Shown here: positions 45,969 to 57,681 of the stretch, one piece after another | How positions within the stretch are numbered: the stretch's first letter is position 1 | How the letters are laid out: each line of letters starts with the position of its first letter | NCBI GenBank assembly: GCA_951406725.2 | Contig: OX597838.1 | Location: forward strand, 29,884,001 to 29,948,000 | Direction of reading: 5' to 3' | DNA: 64,000 nt | DNA from: Octopus vulgaris | Taxonomy: Eukaryota | Notes under the pieces: generated by a model | What the model saw: only the letters and a program-made list of their open reading frames with translations | Told to the model about the DNA's origin: nothing | The model's database searches: none | Made by a program: the position numbers and the translations under genes

Positions 45969-46098
45969 GTCCGTTTATATATTGATGGCAAAGTTGTCGT
46001 CCCCTCAAACCATGATTTTGAAGTTGTGGACGATTGGCCCCTACATAGAACCAAAAAAGTCCATTTCACAGAACTGGTTGTTGGTGCTTGCTGGCAAG
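45969..46098 (+). CDS. CLSTN1: Calsyntenin exon (LamG/LNS)
   Basis: TTAG acceptor, GTGAG donor. Encodes VRLYIDG..VDDWPLH..LVVGACWQ. Confidence 0.95.
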
Positions 46099-47039
46099 GT
46101 GAGAATTTTTGTCTCGTAAACGTGTTTTTCACTTTCTTACAGAACTTTGGCTCTTTTAAATCCAAGCTAGGAGATGCTTACAGGGTTCTACAATTTCTAA
46201 ATTTATCATTGCCATCATTGTTGTTAGTTGTCATGGTGATGATGATGATGATGATGATACTGAATACCATCATCTCCTCCTCCTTCTCTATCTACTCTTC
46301 CTTCTCCTCTCCATTTTATGTTTGCTTTTCCATGCTGGCATGGGTTGAATGTGTCATTTCCAACAGAGCCACTTGTCACAGTCCTTCATCATATTCTTTA
46401 ACGTTTAGCATCCTGAAATAGGCCATCACTACTTCTGCTTAGGTTTTCTTCAATACCCCTCTTTCAGAACCCCCCCCCCCCCATCATTACTTGGCACTTC
46501 ACTATTTCTTCATTGACATTACAAATCTACACCACTGCAGTCTTCTTTCTTGCACACTGCAGTTAATGTCCTTCATGTGCAGTTATTCTCTTAAAACTCG
46601 CATCATCATCATGCGTGTTGGCATCCCACATCCGGCTGTTGTGCTTTACCAGTTTCACTGGCTGCCTGTTTAGTGCCAGTTCGATGATAAAACGCACTCA
46701 ATACATTCTGTAAAGTGGTTGGTGCTAGAAAGGGCGTCCAGCTGTAGAAGCCATCCCTAAAATAGAATATATGAGCGAGAGAGCTTTGACTCTGAATAGG
46801 AGCAGATTTGGGGCGTGATGTACCTGTCTGAGCCACGCCAGCATGGAAAGTGGATGCAGGATGATGACACACACACACACACTGTCACTCATTCATTCAT
46901 GTGCACATTCATGTAAGTTTCATTTGTGCATGATGCACATGATGCATGCATGACACATGCAACATGTGTGCTGATTTTGCCAGAACCATATTACATTCAG
47001 AGCATATAATTCTGTGGAGTACTCAGCCACATAATACTA

Positions 47040-47609
47040 TTGGGTTGTCCGGAAAGTTCTTGCCGATTTTTAAAGAAAAGAAAAAGGTCAATAAATACTT
47101 GCCATTACATTTTTAATCAACCAAATATGAACCATTTTGTTACACAATGCATCTCCATCTTTCCTTTAACTTGAAAATGCCCCCTTCCCAGAAATTGAGG
47201 TGGTTTCATGGCAAAGAATTCATCAAGGTATCTTTTTACGTCATCCAAGGAATTGAAATTTTCACCATTAAGACTATTCTGCAGAGACCTGAATAAGTGG
47301 AAATCCGAAGGAGCAATAAATATCTGGTGAATATGGAGGGTGGGGTAACACATCCCAGCCGAGCTGCAGCAATTTTTGTCTGGTTCCCAAAGCAACAAGT
47401 GCGGAAAATGAACTTTCTTATCTTCCATTTTAAAGGGTTACAAAATTAACATAGGTTATAGGAACATAAACCTTCTTCCACGAAAAATAGCTTAAACTGT
47501 GCTCTAAATGGAGGTTTAATCAAATCCTATTTTATGGACTCAACCATTTTCTAAAATAAGTCGAAAGGTAAGCTACTATAAATCGGCGCAAACTTTCCGG
47601 ACAACCTAG
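47040..47609 (-). mobile_element. Internally deleted mariner element with transposase remnants
   Basis: TA|TTGGGTTGTCCGGAAAGTT..CCGATTT ... AAATCGG..AACTTTCCGGACAACCTAG|TA. The minus strand joins MEDKKVHFPHLLLWE to IAPSDFHLFRSLQNSL (the mariner YSPDLAPSD region) and is frameshifted. Confidence 0.9.
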
Positions 47610-47815
47610 TATTTAAATTGACCAAGTTAGATGTTCTGTTGGTTAGACAAGTGGACCACACATTCATAGAAGTTAAAAATGTCTTGTCCTCCCTGCTGTA
47701 ATCGCTCACCTCCTCAAACAAGCTGTACTATATGAATAAGAAATATTATCAACCATTTTCATTCTTTGTACTGTTTTAAAATTCCAAATTTGTCTTCATA
47801 TTCTTTGGATTCCAG

Positions 47816-47970
47816 GAAGCACGAAAAAGTTTGACCATTTCTTCCGAGGGTACCTTGCAGAACTGTCTGTTTTGCGTGACAAAACAGAGAGCGAAAGAGT
47901 CATCAAGTGTTTAGTCAACTGCAAGGAATATCTCGATTTCCATGCTCTGAACAAGATGGAAAGTGGAACG
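47816..47970 (+). CDS. CLSTN1: Calsyntenin exon (end of LamG/LNS)
   Basis: CCAG acceptor, GTAAG donor. Encodes FFRGYLAELSV..ESERVIKCLVNCKEYLDF. Confidence 0.95.
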
Positions 47971-50498
47971 GTAAGCACTCACTTCTTCTGCCTTTTGGGT
48001 CATCTGTCTTCATATAATGTTCTTGCTCTGTTGAATAAATGTGTGGAATTCATAGTGACTGGGAGCGGGAGCAAGAGGTGGTGTACCCTTCTCCCCTACA
48101 CCAGCAGTACCCAACCTTTTATTGCACCACAGATCCATCTCATGCAAGACAATTTTCCCACAAACTGGGGGATCATCAACACAACAAAATACAATGAAGT
48201 GCAAAAAAATAATATAATTTACTTACTGCATCTATAATATTGTATGTAATAGGGATAAGTGTGACTGTGTGGTAAGAAGCTTGCTTCCTAACCACATGGT
48301 TCTGGGTTCAATCCCATTGTGTAGCACCTTGGGCTAGTGTCTTCTGACCAAAGCCTTGTGAGTGGATTTGGTAGCTGGAAACTGAAAGAAGCCTGTTGTA
48401 CCTATATACACACATGTATGTGTATGTGCATAGGTGCGTGGATGTGTGTCTTTGTATCTGTGTTTGTCTCCTATCATTGCTTGACAACTGGTGTTGGTGT
48501 GTTTACATCCCCATAACTTAGAGGTTCGGCAAAAGAGAATGATAGAATATGACACAATAAGAGGTTTGCTTCCCAATGACATGGTTCTGGGTTCAGTCCC
48601 ACTGTGTAGCACATTAGGCAAGTGTCTTCTACTTCGTCTTGGGAGTGGATTTGGTTGACGGAAACTGAGAGGTCCCCATAAGTCAGGGATTCGGCAAAAG
48701 TGGCTGATAGAATATGAACCAGGCTTTAAAAAAGTACTGGGGTCAATTCATTTAACCAAAATTCTTCAAGGTGGCAGTCCCAGCATGGCCACAGTTGGGA
48801 ACTGAATCCTGAAAAATGGGATAAGAAATTAAAACTTTTCTGGTTAAATTGTTAGAAATTAAAATATTTTCCTTGTGGAATATAATGAAATGTAAATTTA
48901 TAAAAACACCTCCCTCACGTTGCAGAGGCGTGAGTAAGAAATCTTACTGTAAGGTGGAATTCCATTACAAAATTCCATGTTGAGACAAGGTTTTCTGGGG
49001 AAGATTAGGAGTGTTTATATTATTAAATAAATATTTCATTTTATCTTGTAAGCCTGATAATCGTTCTGTAGGTTTTTTATATTGATATAAAAGATATATT
49101 TTGAAATTGCTCTTCCCTCATCGATCACAGTTGCAAATCGATCAGGTGTATGAATAAATGAACTCAAGCCTCGGGTATGGCATATCTAGGACTACGGTAT
49201 TCAGTGTGTATTAACTTCTGAAGATGTTAAAGAATAATTCGAGATTTAGCTGCTATTTCTACAAAGTTGAACGACCATTGGCTATATCTTCAAACAGTTT
49301 TTTGTTGTTGTTTGGCTCTGTATGAACTCTGATCGAATCTGTTCCCGACATGACAATCCTGCCTTCTTATAGTTGTCAAGGAATACATTGTCCAGTACAT
49401 CTCTTCCTGTTATAAGACGGATGATGTGTAAATTCGGGGGACATTTTGAGAATATCTCCCACGACGTCGAATAAATCGTTTGGTCATGAAAGTTACCTCC
49501 CTTGGAATCACACGGAAAATTCCAGCTGGCTATCGTTGAAGCAAATGAGAGTAGCCTCCCCTGACTATCCGGGACCTTTTTCTATATCTTAAATGTCGAC
49601 GCGGAAGGAGATTTTTCAACACACGGTATCTCGACCAGCTATTTTCAGCATCAATGTTATCCAGATCGATAAATATATGTTTCGCATGAAATATTTCGAT
49701 CTTTGTTTTCCAAGCACATGCTTCCGGGTTCAGTTCCACTGCGCGGCACCTTGGGCAAGTGTCTTCTACTATAGCCTGGAGCTGATCAAAGCCTTGTGAA
49801 TGGATTTCGGAGACGGAAACTGAAGGAAGCCAATAACGCGCGCGCATGTCTATGTACTTGTTCTGTACCACTGCTTGACAACCGGTGTTGGTTTGCTTAC
49901 GTCTCTGTAACTTAGCCACCCAGCAAAAAGAGACTGAAAAACCAGGCTTAAAAAGAAAATATTACTGGGGTCGATTTGTTTGACTAATGTATGTATGTAT
50001 ATATGTATGTATGTATGTGTGTGTATTGTACAATTCAAATAAAAAGATTTTTTTTTTTCGAATCACGTAAAAAGCACCCACTACACTCGCGGAGTGGTTG
50101 GCGTTAGGAAGGGCATCTAGCTGTAGAAACACTGCCAGATCAGACTGGAGCCTGGTGCAGCCCTGGCTTCCCAGACTCTGGTCGAACCGTCCAACCCATG
50201 CTAGTGCGGAAAACGGATGTTAAACGATGATGATGATGATGATGAGAGTTGCTGTTAGAACAGCAGTACTATTGGGTAAATTACCCAAACAAAGCAGAAA
50301 AATATATCTCGTTTATCTTGTAGTGGTTCTTGAGATATCTAGTCCACAGACAAACAAACAAACAAACACCACAGAAAACAATACCTCCGCCTTTGCTAAG
50401 GGGGAGATAATAAAAATAATAAATTTTACTGGTTTGAATTTTTAAAAAAACTGTATGAAAATGAAAATGGTTTCTTTCTTTCTGTTTGGTTTTAATAG

Positions 50499-50650
50499 TC
50501 TGTGAGCTTCAACAGTGAAATGACAGAATTTAGCATAATGGGCAAGAATGTGACGGAAGTGGAAAGCCTGATCCGAGAAGTCTCTTACGTAAATGCCAGA
50601 CATTACCCGACTCCAGGAAGACGTGCACTCAAGATGGAGACTGCTGTAGA
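50499..50650 (+). CDS. CLSTN1: Calsyntenin exon
   Basis: ATAG acceptor, GTAAG donor. Encodes SVSFNSEMT..VSYVNARHYPTPGRRAL, matching the conserved Y.N.R..PTPG.R motif. Confidence 0.94.
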
Positions 50651-50762
50651 GTAAGTGTTCCGGTTCGGTTTTTGAAATTCATCTGCCCTACCTTCCTATC
50701 CACACACACACACACGTATTGTTGGTTTAACTCTTTAGCATTTAAACTGGCCACATCCAGCC

Positions 50763-50984
50763 CATGTGTTTTTATGTGTGTGTGTGTTGGTATTTTAATG
50801 TGTGTTTTTATGTGTTTTTTTTTGTGTGTGTGTGTGTGTGTTTTTGTTTTTATGTGTTTTTTTGTGTGTGTGTGTGTTTTAATGTGTTTTTTGTGTGTGT
50901 GTGTGTGTGTGTTTTAATGTGTTTTTTTTTGTGTGTGTGTGTGTTTTAATGTTTTTTTTTGTGTGTGTGTGTGTGTGTTTTTTT

Positions 50985-51032
<48 letters not shown>

Positions 51033-51239
51033 AATGTGTTTTTTTATGTGTTTTTGTGTTGTTTTTTTTTGTGTGTGTGTGTGTTTTAATGTGTTTTTTT
51101 TGCGTGTGTGTGTTTTTGTTTTAATGTGTTTTTTTGTGTTTTTGTGTTGTTTTTTTTGTGTGTGTGTGTTTTAATGTGTTTTTTTTGCGTGTGTGTGTTT
51201 TTGTTTTAATGTGTTTTTTTGTGTTTTTGTGTTGTTTTT

Positions 51240-51276
<37 letters not shown>

Positions 51277-51448
51277 ATGTGTTTTTTATGTGTTTTTGTG
51301 TTGTTTTTTTTTTGTGTGTGTGTGTGTTTTAATGTGTTTTTTTTGTGTGTGTGTTTTTTTATGTGTGTTTGTGTTTGCATGTGTGTATTTTTTGTGTGGT
51401 TTGTGTGTTTGTGCGTGTGTGTTTGTTTATTTGTGTTTGTGTGTGTGC
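50763..51448. repeat. (GT)n/poly-T compound tandem repeat
   Basis: Recurring TTTTAATGTGTTTTTTTTGTGTGTG blocks fill most of the intron. Confidence 0.95.
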
Positions 51449-51494
51449 CATAAAGGCAGAAATTTTATTTTTATATTTTATTTTTGCTTTTCAG

Positions 51495-51802
51495 ATGCCA
51501 GAGTGTTGATGGTGAGAGCAGCCACTCCCCGCTGTCTGGCGTTTCCCCCGTGGACGTCGACATTATTGTAATGCACCCGATGAGACCAATCATCACAGTC
51601 CAGGGCCTTTCCAACTTGACCCTCACTCCGAGCCAACTGAAGGTCGGACGAAGAGTATTTAGTAACGTTGAGATCATTGTGAGCCAAGCTGACGATGAAG
51701 ATGAAGAAGAAGATGATGAAGATGACGACGATGAAGATGACGACGAAGATGTGAGAGGTGAAGATGGAGATGACGACAAACTGAATGGTGTTTTCCCTGA
51801 TG
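51495..51802 (+). CDS. CLSTN1: Calsyntenin exon with acidic ectodomain tract
   Basis: TCAG acceptor, GTAAC donor. Encodes CQSVDG..IIVMHPMRPIITVQG..VFSNVEIIVSQADDEDEEEDD..; phases match both neighbours. Confidence 0.9.
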
Positions 51803-52035
51803 GTAACTTTCAAACATCTTCTCTAGTTTTCTTTTGTTGCTGTGGGTCGGTCCTGATTGAGTAGAGTTTACAGCCAAACACATCCTTTAGAGATTTCTAT
51901 AACTATTTATCCATCCTTTTTTGATGGTATATTGTGTTGTTTTTTTTACTTTGTTTAAGTAATTTACCCGGTATTTCTGCTGTTCTAACAGCCACTCTCC
52001 ATTTGAAAAAAAAATATCTTTTTGTGTTGTACAAT

Positions 52036-52261
52036 ACACACACACACACACACACACATATACATACATATATATATATATATATACATACATACATATA
52101 CACACACATATACATACACATATATGCACACATGCATACACACATACATATATATTTATATATATATATATATATACATAGACATATATACATACACACA
52201 CATGTATATATATATATATATACATACATACATATACTTACACATATATGCACACATGCAT

Positions 52262-52302
<41 letters not shown>

Positions 52303-52997
52303 GACATATATATACATACACACACATGTATATATATACATACATACATATACACACACATATATGCACACATGCATACACACATACATATATATATATA
52401 TATATACATAGACATATATATACATACACACACATGTATATATATACATACATACATATACACACACATATATGCACACATGCATACACACATATATATA
52501 TATACATAGACATATATATACATACATGTATATATATATATACATACATATACACACACATATATGCACACATGCATACACACATACATATATATATATA
52601 TACATAGACATATACATACACACACACACATATATATATATATACATACATACATATACACACACATATATGCACACATGCATACACACATATATATATA
52701 CATATACATAGACATATATATACATACACACATGTATATATATATATATACATACATATACACACACATATATGCACACATGCATACACACATACATATA
52801 TACATAGACATATATATACATACACACACATGTATATATATATACATACATACATACACATACACACACATATATGTACACATGCATACACACATACATA
52901 TATACACATACACACACATGTATATATACACATACATACATATACACACATATATGCATACACACACACACACATAGGCATACATATACACATACAC
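52036..52997. repeat. (CA/TA) microsatellite with higher-order unit of about 100 bp
   Basis: The markers CATAGACAT and ATGCACACATGCAT recur at roughly 95-120 bp spacing. Confidence 0.9.
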
Positions 52998-53301
52998 TCA
53001 TGACAGGCTTCATTCAGTTTCCTCCTACCAAATCCATGTACAAGGCTTTGTTTGGCCTGAGGCTATATTAGAAGACACTTGTCCAAGGTGCTGTGCAGTG
53101 GGATTGAACCTAAAGCCATGTGATTGCAAAGTTAGCTTCTTAACCACACAGTCCTAAATCCCTAAGCTTATTTACAAATCTTTTTAACCTTATTTTTAGT
53201 TTTTTTTTTCTTTCCTGATATTTAATCCTCTTTTAATGATATTTTTTTTTCCAGAACATTAAAAAAAAAAAATTAATTTTCTTCCTTTGTCTTTGCTCCA
53301 G

Positions 53302-53466
53302 CTGGTCTGTTTAAACCTCAAAGGAAAGAATTCCTTCTCGACAGCTGTACCGTGACTGCTGAACCAATTCTCGATTTACACAAGGAAGTTCTTCTAACTC
53401 CACATAATTTGATCCAAAATCTCAAACTGGAAAGTAGTTTAACTAATAAACGATTGCTGATTAAAA
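53302..53466 (+). CDS. CLSTN1: Calsyntenin exon
   Basis: CCAG acceptor, GTAAG donor. Encodes GLFKPQRKEFLLDSCTVTAEPILDLHKEVL..; phase 1 at both ends, consistent with its neighbours. Confidence 0.88.
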
Positions 53467-54074
53467 GTAAGTATAACACCATCCCTTGACTCTCATTGGG
53501 GAGGAGGAAGAAGTGGTGGTGGTGGTTGTTGTTGTTGTTTGGCAGACTCCATGAAGGCATGTGGCTTGGTGGTCAGGGTGTTCTGCTTGTGGTCATTGGG
53601 TTGTGAGTTCAATTCCTGGTGGAGCATTGTGGTCCTTGAGCAAGATACTTTATTCCACATTGCCTCAGTCCACTCTGCTGGCAAAAACGAGTTGTACATG
53701 TAATTCAAATGGGTCAGCCTCAATGAATTCTGTGTCACACTGAATCTCCCTGAAAACTATGCGAAGGGTACACGTACCTGTGGATTACTCGGCCACTCAC
53801 ATGTTGATTTCATGGGTAGGTTGTTCTGTTGATCGGATTAACTGGAACCCCTCATCATTGAAACCAATGGGATGCCAGTTTTTATTTATTTATTTATTTA
53901 TTTTTTGCAATAAACTCCATCCTTTAGAACAGTCTTGCCCAGACTTTTTCCTGTTGTGCTTTTTCTTCTTCTTGTCATACTCTCTCTTTCTCCTGTCACT
54001 CTCTCTCTCTCTCTCTCTTCTGTCACACACTCTGTCTCGCTCCATCTCTTTCCCTCTTCCAACCACCCACTCAT

Positions 54075-54400
54075 TCTCTCACTCACTCTCTCTCTTACTC
54101 ACTCACTCTCTCTCTTACTCACTCACTCTCTCTCTTACTCACTCACTCTCTCTCTCTTACTCACTCACTCTCTCTCTATTACTCACTCACTCTCTCTCTC
54201 TCTCTCACTCTCTCTCTGTCTCTTACTCACTCTCTCTCTCTCTCTCACTCACTCACTCACTCTCTATTACTCACTCTCTCACTCTCTCTTACTCACTCTC
54301 TCACTCTCTCTCTCTCTTACTCACTCTCTCTCTCTTACTCACTCTCTCTATCTTACTCACTCTCTCTTACTCACTCACTCTCTCTTACTCACTCACTCTT
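54075..54400 (+). repeat. Tandem (TC)n-TTACTCACTCAC repeat abutting a 3' splice site
   Basis: About a dozen TTACTCAC copies separated by (TC)n. Confidence 0.9.
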
Positions 54401-54409
54401 CTCCACCAG

Positions 54410-54555
54410 ATGCTGACAAAGTGAGGGACTATATCACTGTGCTGAAAGAAATCCGTTACGTCCATAAAGACGGCAATTCACTTGGCAGCAGATATTTTGA
54501 ATTGGTCTGCTCCTCTCAGAACGGCCGATTCCAGAGCAAACCTGTGAAAATAAAG
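54410..54555 (+). CDS. CLSTN1: Calsyntenin exon
   Basis: CCAG acceptor, GTAAC donor. Encodes Y..VLKEIRY..RYFELVCSSQNGRFQS, matching the conserved R.F.L.CS..NGR..S motif. Confidence 0.94.
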
Positions 54556-54699
54556 GTAACCAATCATTTAAAAAGCAATTAATTTCTTTCAACCATTTTG
54601 GTGCCAACCATTCTGAGACCTGTTTTCCTGGTTCTATGATAAAAATGTCCTGCTTTAAAATGATCGAAATTAAAACCTTTCCATCAAAATTTCAGGCTA

Positions 54700-55138
54700 A
54701 ACAGAGAATACCAAACGAGTTCCCTATGGATACTGTATTTATTACAACGAGTGGCTTGATACGTTTACAAGCCACGAGTTGTAATAAATACGGTATCCAT
54801 AGGGAATGAGTTTGGTATTTTATTTATTACACACGAAAAAACGACCATATTTTATTAACCCAATAACTAAATTCTTCACGTTTAGTTGTAACTTATGAAT
54901 GACAAAAGTAGTGCCGTCACCGTGACCTCGGGTCATCACCATGAATTGACCAATCAGAAGCAGCGCTGTCACCGTGACCTCGGGTCATCACCATGAATTG
55001 ACCAATCAGAAGCAGCGCTGTCACCGTGACCTCGGGTCATCACCATGGATTGACCAATCAGAAGCAGCGCTCGCAGTATCTGACATATGTTAGATACCAA
55101 AAATATCTCAAAGTGTTCTCACTCACGTGTGTAATAAA
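54700..55138. mobile_element. Non-autonomous hairpin-containing element (possibly Crypton-like) with 3 x 52-bp internal repeat
   Basis: A 113-bp hairpin (54707-54819), an inverted pair TTTATTACACACG / CGTGTGTAATAAA, and tandem repeats at 54916-55071. It interrupts an older repeat. Confidence 0.55.
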
Positions 55139-55472
55139 TTATGTTCCTCACTCCAGCCTAATAAAGTTATTTTACAAAATTCTTCATTATTTTCAAAGTT
55201 AATTGAAACAAAAGCAGTGCTTTTCTGCAGAAATATGGTAAAGGAAATGGTTGACCGTTTTGGTACTGCTCCCAGTTCTGTGATACAAACTCCCTAGTTT
55301 CATCATAGAAGAACTGAATCAGTGATTCTCAAGCATTTTCGTTTTTTTTTATCTCTGTACCTCTTTGATTACTATTTCATTCTGCCGCCCACCCCTCCTC
55401 TCCATTTTGTTTTTCACTGATTCACTTGTACAGGTCGAACTATATAAAACATCTGAGAAAGATATTTAGGCA

Positions 55473-55629
55473 CAGGAGTGGCTGTGTAGTAAGTAGCTTG
55501 CTTACCAACCACATGGTTCCGGGTTCAGTCCCACTGCATGGCACCTTGGGCAAGTGTCTTCTACTATAGCCCTGGGCTGACCATGCCTTGTGAGTGGATT
55601 TGGTAGATGGAAACTGAAAGAAGCCCGTC

Positions 55630-55685
<56 letters not shown>

Positions 55686-55902
55686 GTGTGTGTTTGTGTG
55701 TCTGTGTTTGTCCCCCTAGCATTGCTTGACAACCGATGCTGGTGTGTTTATGTCCCCGTCACTTAGCGGTTCGGCAAAAGAGACCGATAGAATAAGTACT
55801 GGGCTTACAAAGAATAAGTCCCAGGGTCGAGTTGCTCGACTAAAGGCGGTGCTCCAGCATGGCTGCGGTCAAATGACTGACACAAGTAAAAGAGTAAAAG
55901 AG
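55473..55902 (+). mobile_element. Full-length, well-preserved SINE family A
   Basis: Highly similar to 30508-30940. Confidence 0.88.
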
Positions 55903-56205
55903 TTGTTTATTCCAATAAATATAGCTGAAGCAAAATTCTTTTTCATGGACCCTTAATATACTATCGTGGATCACTGATTTACTATTTTGTATATATCATC
56001 ATTGTATATATATATGTGTATATATATATATATAGGTTCAGTAAAATTTAGATTCAGTTGAATATGGTACTTAAGTTAAAGGCACCAGAATTTAGTATGG
56101 TATTATCCATATAATTCAAAATGGGGTGATTATAATCAAAATAAGCAACAAGGATATCCAGAGGTAATGCAGTGCGATCGTTATTTTAACGAGTTGTATT
56201 TATTT

Positions 56206-56311
56206 ATCACCCGACGAGATACATCTGCTCTGCCGGATGCTCCTGAGCCAGTTGTTGAGTGTCCCACCAATGAAGGATCGATGCTAGATGTGTCGAAACA
56301 ATTGTCATGAT
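56206..56311 (+). ncRNA. Type I hammerhead-ribozyme-like motif in a Penelope-like remnant
   Basis: ATCAC-CCGACGA-GATACATCT(long loop)AGATGTGTC-GAAAC-AATT-GTC-ATGAT: core variant CCGACGA, 9-bp stem II, palindromic stem III ACAATTGT and a GUC site. Confidence 0.6.
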
Positions 56312-56515
56312 TAATAATAAATTCTCGTATATTCCATCTGCAATATATATATATATATATGGTAAAGACCCTCTTTGGTCATGAATGACCATGGGATTGC
56401 ACCTAGAAAGTTCCCCTCTGGGGGAAAGGTTGTTTATGAAAGACCAATTAAATGGAATTGCATGAAACAATTGTACTGCATTACTTCTGGATATCCTTGT
56501 TGCTTATTTTGATTT

Positions 56516-56547
<32 letters not shown>

Positions 56548-56859
56548 TTCTATCTCTAAATGTTCTAAAGTCTACTCAGCCTTGTTTTTTTTATATCTTA
56601 TATATATTTACCACATGAACTACAATGAAAAAAATATGAGAAAGATATGGTATATAATTTTTTTTTGTGCAGGGTTTCCTTGAGACATGCAATTTTATTT
56701 TAAGGGTTCCACAAGGGTAAAATGCTTGAGAAACCCTGCTCTGTCTGCTCTATTCCACCAATCTCTGTTCTTGTCAATCCTATTCCACTGTTGTTGTCAA
56801 TCTTCATTCTGTTCTGTTGCTCGACTGCTTTTCTAAGGAATTGTTATTTTTCTCTTTAG

Positions 56860-56992
56860 ATCATGGCTATTCATGATGAAGAACCAGATACCAAAATACA
56901 TGCTCATGCTCGACATAATATGGAAACACCATACAGCGACAATGAAATACATATGCTGGACAACATAAAAGCCACGGTTTCTACTGCTCCAA
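56860..56992 (+). CDS. CLSTN1: Calsyntenin exon (juxtamembrane stalk)
   Basis: TTAG acceptor, GTATG donor. Encodes IMAIHDEEPD..ATVSTAP. It enters in phase 0 and leaves in phase 1, which bridges the flanking exons exactly. Confidence 0.85.
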
Positions 56993-57298
56993 GTATGTTT
57001 GGACATCGTCTTTCTCATTTGGTTCCTCCTCTTTTTTTTTGTTTTTTTTTTTTCTAAATTTCATTTGGTTGGGTTTCTTGGGAGAGACATCATCATCATC
57101 ATCATCATTCGTTTAATGTCCGTTTTCCATGTTAGCATGGGTTGGACGATTTTGACTGAGGGCTGCACCAGGATCCAGTCTTGATCTGGCAGTTTCTACA
57201 GCTGGATGCCCTTCCTAATGCCAACCACTCTGAGAGTGTAGTGGTTGGCTGTGTATATTGAAATCACAGCTTACATTTATAGGTGGGTGTGTAGATAA

Positions 57299-57338
<40 letters not shown>

Positions 57339-57341
<3 letters not shown>

Positions 57342-57681
57342 GTAAAGACCCCCTTCGGTCATGAATGACCATGGGATTTTGCACCTAGAAAGTTACCCTC
57401 CTAGACACAAGTCCGGGCAAGGTTGTTTATAGAAGACCAGCAGTCGCCCATGCATACCAGCCTCCCCTCTCCACGCCACCAGTGTTATCCAAGGGAAAGA
57501 CAAAGGTCGATACAGCTTGGCACCTGTGACGTCGCAACTCATTTCTACAGCTGAGTGAACTGGAGCAACGTGAAATAAAGCGTCTTGCTCAAGAACACAA
57601 CACGCAGCCCGGTCCGGGATTCGAGCTCACAACCTCACGATCGTAAGCTCGACGCTCTAACCACTGAGCCATGTGCCTTCC
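57339..57681 (-). mobile_element. tRNA-derived SINE (family D)
   Basis: Minus-strand head GGCTCAGTGGTTAGAGCGTCG..GAGCTCGAATCCC, then TTCTTGAGCAAGACGCTTTATTTCACG. Related sequences lie at about 37950-38205, 53560-53880 and 60075-60370. Confidence 0.8.

Noticed and set aside
51887-53071. Multiple 100-360 aa C/V/Y/M-rich ORFs
   Set aside because: They are translations of a compound microsatellite within a calsyntenin intron.
53251-53262. Alternative acceptor (CCAG) upstream of exon 53302
   Set aside because: In the required phase it reads straight into a TAA stop. The acceptor at 53300-01 keeps the frame open.
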